In this document: positions 50,762-62,540 of the stretch, in pieces
Numbering within the stretch: position 1 is the first letter of the stretch
Layout of the letters: each line of letters opens with the position of its first letter
NCBI GenBank assembly: GCA_026770705.1
Contig: JANJGN010000014.1
Coordinates: forward strand, 128,526,001-128,590,000
Direction of reading: 5' to 3'
Origin: Isurus oxyrinchus
Lineage: Eukaryota
DNA: 64,000 nucleotides
Translations under genes and position numbers: made by a program
The notes under the pieces: model-generated
Told to the model about the DNA's origin: nothing
Databases searched by the model: none
What the model saw: the letters and a program-made list of their open reading frames with translations, nothing else

Positions 50762-53700
50762 TCTTTCATTCATTCACAGGATGTATGCTTCAATGGCTGA
50801 GCCAGCATTTATTGCCCATCCCTAATTACCCTTGAGAAGCTGGTAGTGAGCTGCCTTCTTGAACTTCTGCAGTCCATGTGGACTGCATAGTTACACCAAT
50901 AGTGCTGTTAGGAAGGGAGTTCCAGGATTTTTACCCAGCGACAGTGAAGGAATGGCGATATATTTCCACATCAGGATGGTGAGGGACTTGGAGGGGATGT
51001 TCCCTATCTGCTGCCTTTGTCCTTCTAGGTGGTAATGGTCATAGGTTAGGAAGGTTCTGTCTAAGGAACCTTGGTGAATTCCTGCAGTGCATCTTGTAGA
51101 TGGTACACACTGCAGCTACTGTGCATCGGTGGTAGAGGGAGTAAATGTTTGTGGATGTGGTGCCAATCAAGCGGACTGCTTTGTCCTGGATGATGTCCAG
51201 CTTCAATGTTGTAAGAGCTGCACATACAGGCAATTGGAGAGTATTCCATCACAATCTTGACTTGTGGCTTGTGGATGGTGGACAGGCTTTGGGGAGTCAG
51301 GAGGCAAGTTATTCATCGCACGTTTCCTAGCATCTGACCTGCTCTTATAGCCACAGTATTTATATGGCTAGTCCAGTTCAGTTTCTAGTCAATGGTAACC
51401 CCCAGGATGTTGCTAGTGGGGAATTCAGTGATGGTAATGCTGTTGAACATCAAGGAGCGATGGTTGGATTCTCCCTTGTTGGAGATGGTCATTGCCTAAC
51501 ACTTGTGTGGCATGAATGTTACCTTCCACTTGTCAGCCCAAGCCTGGATATTGTCCAGGTCTTGCTGCATTTGGACATGGACTGCTTCAGTATCTGAGGA
51601 GTCACGAATAGTGCTATTGTGCAATCATCAGCGAACATCCCCACTTCTGACCTTATGATGGAAGGAAGGTCATTGACGAAGCAGCTGAAGACCTTTGGGC
51701 CTAGGACACTACCCTGAGGAACTCCTGCAGTGATGTCCTGGAGCTGAGATGACTGATCTCCAACAACCACAGCCATCTTCCTTTGTGCTAGGTATGACTC
51801 CAACCAGCGGAGAGTTTTCCCCCTGATTCCATTTTTGCTAGGGCTCCTTGATGCCACACTCCGTCAAATGCTGCCTTGATGTCAAGGACAGTCACTTTTA
51901 CCTTACCTCAGGAGTTCAATTCTTTTGTCCATGTTTGAACCAAGGCTGTAACGAGGTCAGGAATTGAATGGCCCTTGCAGAACCCAAACTGGGCTTCAGT
52001 GAGCTGGCTATTGCTAAGCAAGTGCTGCTTAATAGCACTGTTGATGACATTTTCCATTATTTTACTGATGATCGAGTGTAGACTGATGGAGCAGTAATTG
52101 GCTGGGTTGCATTTGCCTGGCTTTTTGTGTACAGGGCAATTTTCCACATAGCTGTGCAGATGCCAGTGTTGTAGCTATACTGGAACAGCTTGGCTAGGGG
52201 TGCAGCAAGCTCTGGAGCACAAGTCTTCCGTACTATTGCCAGGGCCCAGAGCCTTTGCGGTATCCAGTGCCTTTAGCTGTTTCTTGATATCACATGGAGT
52301 GAATTGAATTGGCTGAAAACTGGCATCTATGATGATGGGGACCTCTGGAAGAGTCCGAGATGGATCATCCACTCATCACTTCTGGCTGAAGATTGTTGCA
52401 AATGCTTCAGCCTTATCTTTTTCACAGCTGTGCTGGGCTGCTGCATCATTGAAGATGGGCATACTTGTGGAGCCTCCTCCTCCAGTGAGTTGTTTAATTG
52501 TCCATCATCATTCACGACTGGATGTGGCAGGACTGCAGAGCTTAGATCTGATCCGTTGGTTGTGGGATCGCCCAGCTCTGCCTATCACTTGCTGCTTGGC
52601 ATGCAAGTGGTTCTCTTTTATTGCTCCACCAGGTTGACACCTCATTTTTCTGTATGCGTGGTGCTGCTCCTGGCATGCCCTCCTGCACTCTTCATTGAAC
52701 CAAGGTTGATCCCCTGTCTTGATGGTAATGGTAGAGTGGGGGATATGCCAGGCCATGAGGTTACAGTTTGTGTTGGAGTATAATTCTGCTGCTGCTGATG
52801 GCCCACAGTGCCTCATGGATGCCCAGTCCTGAGTTGCTAGATCTGTTCGAAATCTATCTCATTTAGCACAGTGGTAGTGCCACACAACACGATGGCGGGT
52901 ATCCTCAATGTGAAGGCTGGGCTTCATCTCCACAATGACTGTGCAGTGGTCACTCCTACCGATACTGTCATAGGCAGATACATCTGCGGCAGGCAGGTTG
53001 GTGAGGATGAAGTCAAGTATGTTTTTCCCTCTTGTTGGTTCCCTCACCACCTGCCGCAGACCCAGTCTAGCAGCTATATAATCTAGGACTCAGCCTGTAG
53101 TAGTGCTACAGAGCCACTCTTGGTGGTGGACGTGGGTGTCTGACTTCATTCTGGGCCCTCTTGACACCCTCTGTGCTTCCTCAAGTGATATTCAACATGG
53201 AGGAGCACTGATTCATCAGCTGAGGGAGGGCAGTAGTTGGTAATCAGCAGGAGGTTTCCTTGCCTATGTTTGACCTGATGCCATGAGACTTCATGGGGTC
53301 TCATGTCAATGTTGAGGACTCACAGGGCAATTCCCTTCCGACTGTATACCACTGCCATCACATCGGCTGGGCCTGTCCTGCAGGTGGAACAGGCCATACC
53401 CAGGGATGATGACGGTGGTGTCTGGGACTTTATCTGTAAGGTATGATTCTGTAAGGATGACTATGTCAGGCTGTTGCTTGACTAGTCTGTAAGACAGTTC
53501 TCCCAAGCTTGGCACTAGCCCCAGATGTTGGCAAGGAGGACTTTGCAGGGTCAACAGGGCTGTGATTGCAGTTGTTGTTTCTGGTGCCTAGGTCAATGCA
53601 GGGTGGTCCATCCAGTTTCATTCCTTTTTTGTGTCCTTGGAGTGGTTTGTTACAACTGAGTAGCATGCTAGGCCATTTCAGAGTCGACCACATTGCTGCT

Positions 53701-53912
53701 GTGGGGGTCTGGAGTCACATGTAGGCCAGACCAGGTAAGGACGACAGATTTCCTTCGCTAAAGGACATTAGTGAGTGAACCAGATTTACAACAATCGACT
53801 TTTAATTCCAGGTTTTTTACTGAATTCAAATTCCACCATCTGCCATGGTGGGATTCGAACCCACGTCTCTGGATTACTAGTCCAATGACAATACCATTAT
53901 GCCATCGCCTTC
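50762..53912 (-). mobile_element. Near full-length ORF1-less APE-RT LINE (CR1/L2 group) with tRNA-derived 5' head
   Basis: Head 53842-53912; ATG at 53621; APE (QPDIVILTESYL, EPTRG.NILD.ILTN, SDH); RT (AQFGF..GHS, DI.AAFD, VPQGSVLGP, MFADD); stop near 50822; (TGAA)n tail; disrupted by indels. Confidence 0.92.
53842..53912 (-). promoter_or_regulatory. tRNA-Thr(AGT)-like Pol III internal promoter at the LINE 5' end
   Basis: A-box TGGCATAATGG (53894-53904), anticodon arm TGGA-CTAGTAA-TCCA, T arm GTGGG-TTCGAAT-CCCAC with a consensus B-box (53851-53861). Confidence 0.8.
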
Positions 53913-54119
53913 CTCTTTTTCAAAAAAGAAATACTCCTAATTTTTTCCCTTTTGTGTTTTTTAGTGAAGATTTCAAAAATTACACTCTGGCACACTGGCC
54001 ATGGGAATTTTTTTTCCCTGATTTGCTTCATTGGACCTCATATAGTTTTGATTGCCTTGCAACCTTTTTTCTAATTCAAAGTGTCTGTATAACTAAAGCC
54101 AGCACCATAAGGCATCACC

Positions 54120-54320
54120 TTAAGTGATTTTTTTTTTTTGCACTCTCCATGGTCTTGACATCTTTCCTAACGTAAGGCACCCAAACCTGCCCACAATACT
54201 CTAATGTTGACCTGACCAATGATTTGTATATTTTTATCAATGAAGATACTGAAGCTTTTGTTTCTTTCTTATAAGAATGTAATGAAATAGGTTGAACGCC
54301 CTTCGTATCTTTTAAATTTG
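54120..54320 (-). mobile_element. Old CR1 RT C-terminal fragment
   Basis: ORF 54115-54336: IYKSLVRSTLEYCGQVWVPYVRKDV. Confidence 0.75.
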
Positions 54321-54684
54321 AACATACTCCGGCCAATCAATTTGCCTTCTCCGACATGTCGATCTGTTTGTTCCATGTCTTTACGTATAAACATCAACAT
54401 TATAAATGTATTACTGTTTGTTCTGAACCAACTCGTGTTGAACAACAGCACTCAAAATCACTGATTAATTTTCCAACTGCAGAGAAGATGCTGCATTAAA
54501 TCTGTGTGTATTTGTGTATGTTCTATATGGCTTTGATATAATTTCCATAATATTATCGTGGTTTGAATTAAGAGTGTAATCTGCCTGATATCAACGCTGT
54601 TGCATTTAGCACCACCTTTTTGTCTTTCATGTCATTACATTTTCTTTCACCAATGCAAGAAATTGTGTAGTGCCACCATAAGTG

Positions 54685-55090
54685 TCAACTGTGGCTCAAC
54701 TGGTATTGCTCTTCCCTCTGAATTAGAAGGTTGTAGATTCAAGTCCCACTTCAGAGCTTGAGCATAACAGCCCAGGCTGGTGTTCCATTGTAGCAGGCGT
54801 GCTGCACTGCTAAGAGGTGCTATCTTTCAAATAAGTTAAACCGAAGCCCTGTTTGCCCTCTTGGATGAATGTAAAAGACCCCTCAGCACTATTTTGAGGA
54901 AGAGCAACTAGCATGTCAAAAAACAGGATTATTATCGCATTGCTGTTTGTGGGAGTTTGCTGTGTGCAAATTGGCTGCCGTGTTTGCTATGCTACAACAG
55001 TGACTACTCTTCAAAAGTACGTCATTGGATGTAAAGTGCTTTGGGACATTCAATGGTCATGAAAGGCATTATATCTGTGAAATACATTTT
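54685..55090 (+). mobile_element. Deu-domain tRNA SINE, near full length
   Basis: gtggctcaactggta..gattcaagtcccact..gttaaaccgaagccc..cttcaaaagtac..gaaaggcattata. Confidence 0.85.
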
Positions 55091-56353
55091 TTTTAAAAAT
55101 AACGATTTCCCGTAAAATGTTCTTTCCATTTTTTTGCTACTTCTCAATAAACTCTTGTGAACAGCAAACTCCATATGCGAGGGTTAAAAAAAAGATGATA
55201 AATCATTGTTGTGATTTTTCTTGCTTGCTTGACAATTAATTTCTTTTGATTTCCTGAGGGCATGCACTTCTTTGACCATAACTGCTGGTGTTGTGCTCCC
55301 AGACCTCCTCTTGGACAGTTTTTGGTGGTGATGTTTCCTGATCCCTCTTCCTTGCTCAGCATTCTAAGTAAAACAATTGGGATGAACAATTCAGTGACGC
55401 ACCAGGATCAACCAAGCTCTTCCCCATTCCATAGCACTCTGCATTGCTGCCACAGGGATAGATTTTACTCCTCTAGGCTCTTTAAAGGAAAATTCATTTT
55501 AAAACTAGTTGAAATCATTTTATTCCTAATTAAAATTGTGTTTTTGACTGCAAATAGCCCCAAATTACCTAATGCAATAATTAATAATCAAACATTCATT
55601 GCATGCTCACTTGTTTTCTCTTTATCTTCATTAAAAACAGTTAATATCTGTCCAATGAAGGCCCCAAGAATGCACATTATGTAGAAAGGCAATTCCTTTA
55701 AGCAATCCAGGTCAGCCCAGTTCAGTTCCGTTTCAATGCCATCTCCACTGTGGGTTGACAGAGCAATAATTACCAAAGACTCAATGGAGACTGTAATAAT
55801 AATTGTGTGAAGGTCACAGCCAATGAGGCTGAATATTGCTGAGCACCTTCATACTAAACCACATTCAGAAGGTGTTACCACTTTGTGAATTAATCTGGCA
55901 AATAATTTCAAGGGTCCGCTACTAAATGACTTTTGCTTGAGATGGAACTGTACTCTATCGACCATTACTGGAATTTTTATATAGGTGATTATCATAATGT
56001 CCTAATGTTTTGTATTGATTTAGAACAAGGTCAGCAGCATCCACACAAGGACTCAGTAGCTAAGTCCGGCCCATGTTGGCTAGGGAGGTACCTGGCCTGA
56101 TTACTGGTCCATATTGAGTTCTCTGCTCTCGGGTTAGGTGATGATTAGAGGGCCACAGTCGTTCCATGCTCTCTTTAGGCTGAGAGACAATGAGTCAGGA
56201 CCATGCTCTTCCGTGACTCATCCCTTGGTTAAATAGCTTGCTGAAGTTTATTTCAGGCTGGTATGGGTAACTGGTCTGGTCAGAAAAAAATTAGAAAGGG
56301 GGGAGGATTCAAGTCAGTCTCGATAGGTAGCAAATGGTAACGTTTTCTCCTTG

Positions 56354-57425
56354 AGTAATGGATGGGGAGGGATATGGGATAATTTCCGAACCCCCCCCCA
56401 CTCCCCTTTTCTGACCTCTCAGCTAACTGCAACAAGATATATTTTTAGAGAGAGTGTTTTAACCTCTTGAATACTGTGACCTCAACAAACAGACGTGAAA
56501 TGGGCTTTCTTGTAAGTTGAAATTAAAAAAAAATCAACGGTTATTCCCCTCAATGAAATCTAATTGCAGTATCACTCTCCCCTCACATGCTAGATACACA
56601 CACATACACACACACACACACACGTGTGCACACATGCACAGATGATTTCTAAAGATGTACCATGCACTTAAATAACTTGAAGGCTCTTTAGAAAAAAAAG
56701 GAAGCAGGTCACTTCCTTATATAGTCCTTAAGACGATGGTTGAAAAGTTACAGGCCTGAAGGATTCTCTCGTTTCACTGCCACAAACAAGATTGGAAGTT
56801 TTTTTTGTCTTTTCATTTTAAGTTGTGGTTGAGCTTCTATACTGAAGAAATATTATCTTGCAGGTAAAACAAATAAGCCCCAATACTCTGCCTAAGGTGG
56901 CTTTTGAGGCAGGGTCCGCCCTTGCGCTGGACAAAAGATGGCTTCCCTCTAATCTTTGTATTCCAGACTGACCAGCTGGGCTGCTCTGTAGATTAATAAA
57001 ACATTGGCAATCTCCAGGCAGTTTAAGTCATCTGACGCCAGTATCGCTGTTTTTCCAATGCTCACACAATGGGTTGATGGCAGATATAATTGACAGACAA
57101 TGGGGAATGAGTGATATCCCAGCAACATTCCTGAAATGTTTTATTTGAAATCTTCATGGACCAGCCAGTCTGGCAGCCTTTGTCATTTCAAATATTGTCC
57201 TTTGAAATGGTGAGGGGGTAGTCAATCAGCATAGGGGAAGGCAATTTGCATTTTAAGTATCTTCTCAGAGATATGTTCAGACATGTCTGTCACTGTACAG
57301 AAACCATAAAAAATCACCTGTCTCTCTAGAGTGAACGTACGTGCCCATAACCCATGTTTTTCTTTTAAGAAGTAAAATGCCCATCTGTCAATAAGCTTTA
57401 CAGGGTATATGATGTAACCATAACA
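56354..57425 (-). mobile_element. Probable solo LTR
   Basis: Right end CCATAACA, degenerate left end aGTaATGG, flanks CTTG/TTTG, internal (CA)n at the same relative position as in the other solo LTRs. Confidence 0.5.
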
Positions 57426-58629
57426 TTTGCTTGATCGTTTTCATGTTGCAGGTGGAGCAAGCGGCATAACTTTCAGCGTTTGCGCCTCAGTAACGCACTG
57501 CTGATTTAGCTATAGTCCATGTCCTGCAAATCACGGAAAAAGAAATTAATTTAAAAGAAGCAAATTTATTTGCAGAGATAGTTCCCCTTTTAAAAATAGT
57601 ACAACTGTAATGAAGCTTTGAAATAAGGCCAAAAGAAACTTGGATTTTTTTGATTAAGTCTGATGCCCGTCAAGAGGTTCAAGCACAGCAGGGAAAGCTT
57701 TGCGCTCATTTGTCCTGAAGTGATGGCTTCTGATGTAAAATGCTGCTAGGCTTTGTCGGAAATGTTTAATGTTCAATCAGTGGGAAAACGTCAATCTGAT
57801 TAAAAAAAGTATTGGTGTCAGTTGAAAGCTTGACATGGGAGGGCTGTAAATTCTAATAGTTTTCACGCTTCCTCTGAATTACGGCACATTCCCCAGGAGG
57901 AACGGGAAAGGATTGCTTCCAGGAATTTAGGGCACTGAAAATAACTGCAAGAGCTGCACCACTCCTCAAGGTGGATGCCTTAAATTGAATGCGCAAGAAA
58001 AATTCTGTATTCCCAACATTTGGTGCATCACTTATGTTGCCAGTAAATCATTAATTCCAGGTTGATGTTTTCTCTGTTATAGCAAAAGACCTTCAAATGT
58101 GCAAAGTTTAATTTAAGAAGATAAACACAGACTCTGTGGTGCCTTCACTATCCAGTGAGAAACTTAATTTCATCAGGAGATTTGTTGGGTAGGGCATAGC
58201 GTAGAAGGGGTCGTAAGTGGCCGACAGAAGGAACTTGCATGATGGGTCAGTCTTGTGAACATATGCTGTGGATTGTCAGTGGCCAAATTAAGATGGGAAA
58301 TAAAATAAACTTGTGCAATCGCTCTGTACAGAGTTGGTGTGCAGCAAAATTGGGTCTTTTTTTTTTTGAACAATTTCTGGAAGATCACAGTGAAGCTTAA
58401 TAATATAAGATACTCATCTGAAAGTAGAAAACAGAAATAAACTAGTTCCAATCTGGTATTACCAGGATAATTATTGCAAAAAGTTTCTCAACTTGGGTCC
58501 TTTGCTCAAAACTTAAAACTCTTTAGAAACAGAACTTCATATTGATTTAAAAGTTGGTGGTATTATGGGAGTTTTCAAGAAACACAAGCTGGGAATGAAA
58601 AAAGACCAGAAGCTATTGAGAGGAAGGAA

Positions 58630-59100
58630 GGGCATAAATTTACATAGTGCTTACTGGAAACATCCTAAGGTGAGTTATTTTAAAGTGCAGTTAATGTTGG
58701 CTTTTAGGAAAATGCAGTGCACAAAACAGTTACTGTAAGTTCCAGAATAGCAATAGTACGAACGGACAGCTCAGCATTTTGATAATGTTGCTTAGGGGAG
58801 GAATATTGGCCAGGACATCAGGAGAACTCTCAGCTGTCCTTTGAATAGCTCCATTAGTTCTTTAATGTCCATCTGGGAGGAACTAATTTGTCTGGTAGGT
58901 GATTCCCAGGAGAAGGGAATAAAATCTTAAAGTTTAAAAAAAAAATAGGCCATTGAGGAGCAAGATCAGGAAGCATGTTTTCACACAAAAAAAATTGTGG
59001 AAATCTAGAACTTTCTTCTCCCAAACGCTATGGATGCTGGGCTTCAGTTGGAGCTTGAAAGGCTCCGGTCAATAGATTTTCCGAGGGTAAGGGCTTCTTG
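58630..59100. mobile_element. Deu SINE fragment (minus, 58630-58880) and CR1 3' fragment (plus, 58905-59100)
   Basis: aatattggccaggacatcaggagaact; aggaagcatgttttcacacaa..gtggaaatctagaact. Confidence 0.55.
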
Positions 59101-59334
59101 TTCAAAATGTCAAATCAATGGAGAACAGCAATCAACAAAGGCAAAAGAATGTTGAAGTGTTCAGCCAGAAGAGCAGAACAGGGAATAGCAAATGTAAGAA
59201 ATAAGTAGTGACAGTGTTCTGGCTAAGCAATCATAGACTTTCTTTGTTACTGGTCACTAACGGACGTGAAAGACCTTCAAGCTGTGCAGGCACTGTAGAG
59301 GAGCCACAATTTTGAGGTAAAACTGGAGAATCTT

Positions 59335-60505
59335 GAACTCTTCCGCCCTCCCCAAGTGCATTACCTCACACTTTTCAGAGTTGAATTCCACTTGCTCTAC
59401 CCACCTGACCATTCCATTGATATCCTCCTGCAGTTTATGGTTATCCTCCTCACTATTTACCCCCCTACCAATTTTCATGTTATCCGCGAACTTCTTGATC
59501 ATACCCCCTACATTTAAATCCAATTATTTGTGTACTCCACAAACAACAAGGGCCCCAACACTGAGCCCTGTGGAACCCCACTGGAAGCAGGCTTACAGTC
59601 ACAAACATCTCTCTACCATCACCCTTCTTCCTGCTCTCAGCCAATTTTGGATCCAATGTGCCACTTTGCCTTGGACCCCATGGGCTCTTACTTCCTTGAC
59701 CAGTTTGCCTTGTCAAGAGCCTTGTTAAAATCCATGTAGACCACATCAAATGCATTGCCCTCATGAACCCTATTGGTTACTGCCTCAAAAAAAATGATCA
59801 AATTTGTCAAACGCGACCTTCCCTTAACAAATCCATGCTGACTATCCCTGATTAATCCGTGTCTTTCCAAGTGCGGATATACTCTGTGTCTCAGAATTCA
59901 TTCTTGTAACTTCCCCACCGCTGAGGTTAGACTGACTGGCTTGTAATTTCTTAGTCTATCCCTTCCTCCCTTTTTTAAGAATGGGACAATGTTAGTGGTC
60001 TTCCAGTCCTTTGACACCTCACCTGTACCAGGACCCCTAATATCTCTTCCCCTGCCTCCCTCAACAGCCTGGGATACATCAGGGCCTGCAGATTTATCCA
60101 GTTTTGAGGCTCTAAACCAGCTAGTGCCTCTTTATGTTAATTTCCTCTAATATTTCACAGCCCTCCATCCTGATGTCTATACCTGTGTCGTCCATTTCCA
60201 TTGTGGAGACCGACACAAAGTATCCATTGAGGACTGTACTCACATCTTCTGGGTCCACACACACACTACCTCTACGGCCCCTAATTGGCCCTACTCTTTC
60301 CCTAGTTATTCTCCTGCTCTTTATATATTTTTAAAAACCCTTTCTTAGTGCCCTCAGCTGCCGCTCAAGCTGCAAAACCAGGAGCTTGAGTTGCTCCAGT
60401 TGGAGGCACCTCTTGTAAGCATGGTCATCCAGACAGCCAGGAGCATCTAGGATTTCCCACATAGTGCAGGATGTGCAAATCAGAGGACTGAGCTCCCCAG
60501 ACATA
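59335..60505 (-). mobile_element. CR1 fragment: RT piece adjoining an ORF1 N-terminal piece
   Basis: SQHGFVKGRS.LTNL, YMDFNKA.DK, KFAD; 60350-60480 reads CTSCTMWE..DDH..KRCLQLEQL..LVLQLERQL (CR1 ORF1 zinc finger/leucine zipper). Confidence 0.85.
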
Positions 60506-60529
60506 TCTTAACTTTCTGAGAGCCAATCA

Positions 60530-60910
60530 TAGTATCTAGAATTTCAAAATGTGGACATATGGAAATTTATTAAATTCTCAGAGTAGGACAAAGAGATGCA
60601 AACTAGTAAAGGCCAAGTTTAAGATGACAATCGGGAAACAATTATTCATGCAAAGAATGGTCAACGTATAAATGGGCTTCCAGTGGAAGTAAAAAAAAAA
60701 CCTGGGAATCATTAACCACAAATTGGAGCCATCGGACAATTTGGAGTTTTCAGGACTGAGTTTTCTTAGGTTAGGATATCAAAGGAGGGTATTGGAGCAA
60801 AGGCAGAAAAATAAAGTTGCGGGGCTAGGTTGACATGACCTAATTTAATGGCAGAATTGGACTGAGGGAGCGAATGGCCTACTACCTGTTTCTAAAGTTG
60901 CCATGTTCTT
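60530..60910 (+). mobile_element. Old CR1 3' fragments
   Basis: tcatgcaaagaatggtcaacgtat; gaatggcctactacctgtttcta. Confidence 0.55.
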
Positions 60911-61019
60911 AAACACTTCAATGAGGGGACTTTAAGAGCATTCTTGATGGACAAACCGAGATGGGGGCCTGACCGTCTCATCTGTAATTCTGCTGTAATC
61001 ATGGGAAGTCCTTTTTTTC

Positions 61020-61825
61020 AACTCATTCATTCATTCATAGAATGTGGGTGTCACTGGCAAGGCCAACATTTATTTCCCATCCCTAATTGCTCTTGAGAAG
61101 GTGGTAATGAACCACCATTCTTAGCTGTTTTGATATCACTGAGTGGATTGCTAATTTATTTCAGAGGGTGGTTAAGAGGCAAACACATGACTGTTGGCCT
61201 GGTGTTACATATGGGGCAGAGCAGATAAAGGTCACACATTTAAAAGGGGTGGTGATGGCGGAGTGGTAATGTCACTGGGCTAATAATCCAGTCGCCCAAG
61301 CTAATGCTCTGGGGACACTGGTTCAAATCCCACCATAGAATTCAAATTTAATTAATAAAATCTGGAGTTGAAAGTGAGTCTTATTAATTGAGACCTTGAA
61401 ACTGTCATCAATTGTCGTAAAAATCATCTGGTTCTCTTAATGCCCTTTAGGGAAGGAACTCTGCTGTCCTTGTCTGGTCTGGCCCACATGGGACTCCAGC
61501 CCCATAGTCATGTGGTTTGTGGTTGACTCTGAAACGGCCTAGCAAGCCATTTAGTTCAAGGGCGTCTAGGAATGGGCAGTCAGTTTTGGTCTTGCCAGTG
61601 ATGCTGACATCCCATGAATAAATAAATACATTTCCTTCCCTGGAAGGGATTCCTGAGCCAGTTAAGCTTTTGCAATAATACAGTAGTTTGGTGGCCACCA
61701 CTGATAATGCTGTTTTAAAAAATTAATTGGCTGAATTTAAAATTCCCAGCTGCTATGGTGGGATTTGATCTCATCTCCAGATTACTATCCTGCAATTACT
61801 AGTCCAGTAACATGACCATTGTGTT
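61020..61825. mobile_element. Three tRNA-headed LINE-derived SINEs (minus 61020-61240, plus 61246-61628, minus 61630-61825)
   Basis: Central copy is complete: A-box tggcggagtgg, B-box ggttcaaatcc, body, junction near 61556, tail cccatgaataaataaa. Confidence 0.85.
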
Positions 61826-61899
61826 AACCTAAAGCAGGGATGGGATCCACAAAATGGTTCACAAGGAAGACTGCTCCAAAGAGAGCCAAGCTGACATAA

Positions 61900-62540
61900 G
61901 AGGCTGTAATTTACTGGTCACTGGATGTGAGTACCGGGCAGAGTCCGTAAAATAGTGAAGGGCCATCAGGATAGCATCCCAACATTGGGGAAGCTTCCCA
62001 GTGGTGGGCAGAAGATGGGTGGGGGTGTGGGACCATTAAGTGGGGCTGTCGCCATTTTGCTAGTTGTGTTGTCATTCCCTACCCTGTAGGGGGGCTGCCA
62101 GGTTCATGAAGTTGGCCTCCCTCTGGCAGCCTGGTTGGCCATTAGAGCCAGAAGCTCAATGACCCAAAGAGGGGGCTGCAGGCAGGGAAGACGGTCCCAA
62201 CGCTCCTCACCCTGCCACCTCTTTTTCCCCTGAAGGTGCTTCCCCCTCTGACCCTCAGCTCCTTGACTCTTTTATTTTTAATTTACTGACCTGGAGGTGC
62301 CCCTGAGATTGCCTGCCTCGGTGCCCATCCTGCCCGGTGGCACTGAAACTGAGGCTTCGGATCTGGGACTGGGCTGGCAGCATCAGAAGCCAACCCACTA
62401 TCCTAAATTGAACAGTGGGTCCAGAGGCGGCCAACTAAGGGGCTGCATCTGATAAAATTGCTCAGCCAGCCCTGTGGGTGCTCAGGAATTAAATTTGGTC
62501 CCGATGCCAGGGCCCCAAAGCCACGCTGAGATCAAGCCCA
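61900..62540. mobile_element. GC-rich MITE-like element
   Basis: Starts ggctgtaattt; composition and motifs resemble 19810-20420. Confidence 0.4.

Noticed and set aside
53842-53912. Functional tRNA-Thr gene
   Set aside because: Acceptor and D stems do not pair properly, there is no oligo-T terminator, and it is contiguous with a multi-copy retroelement
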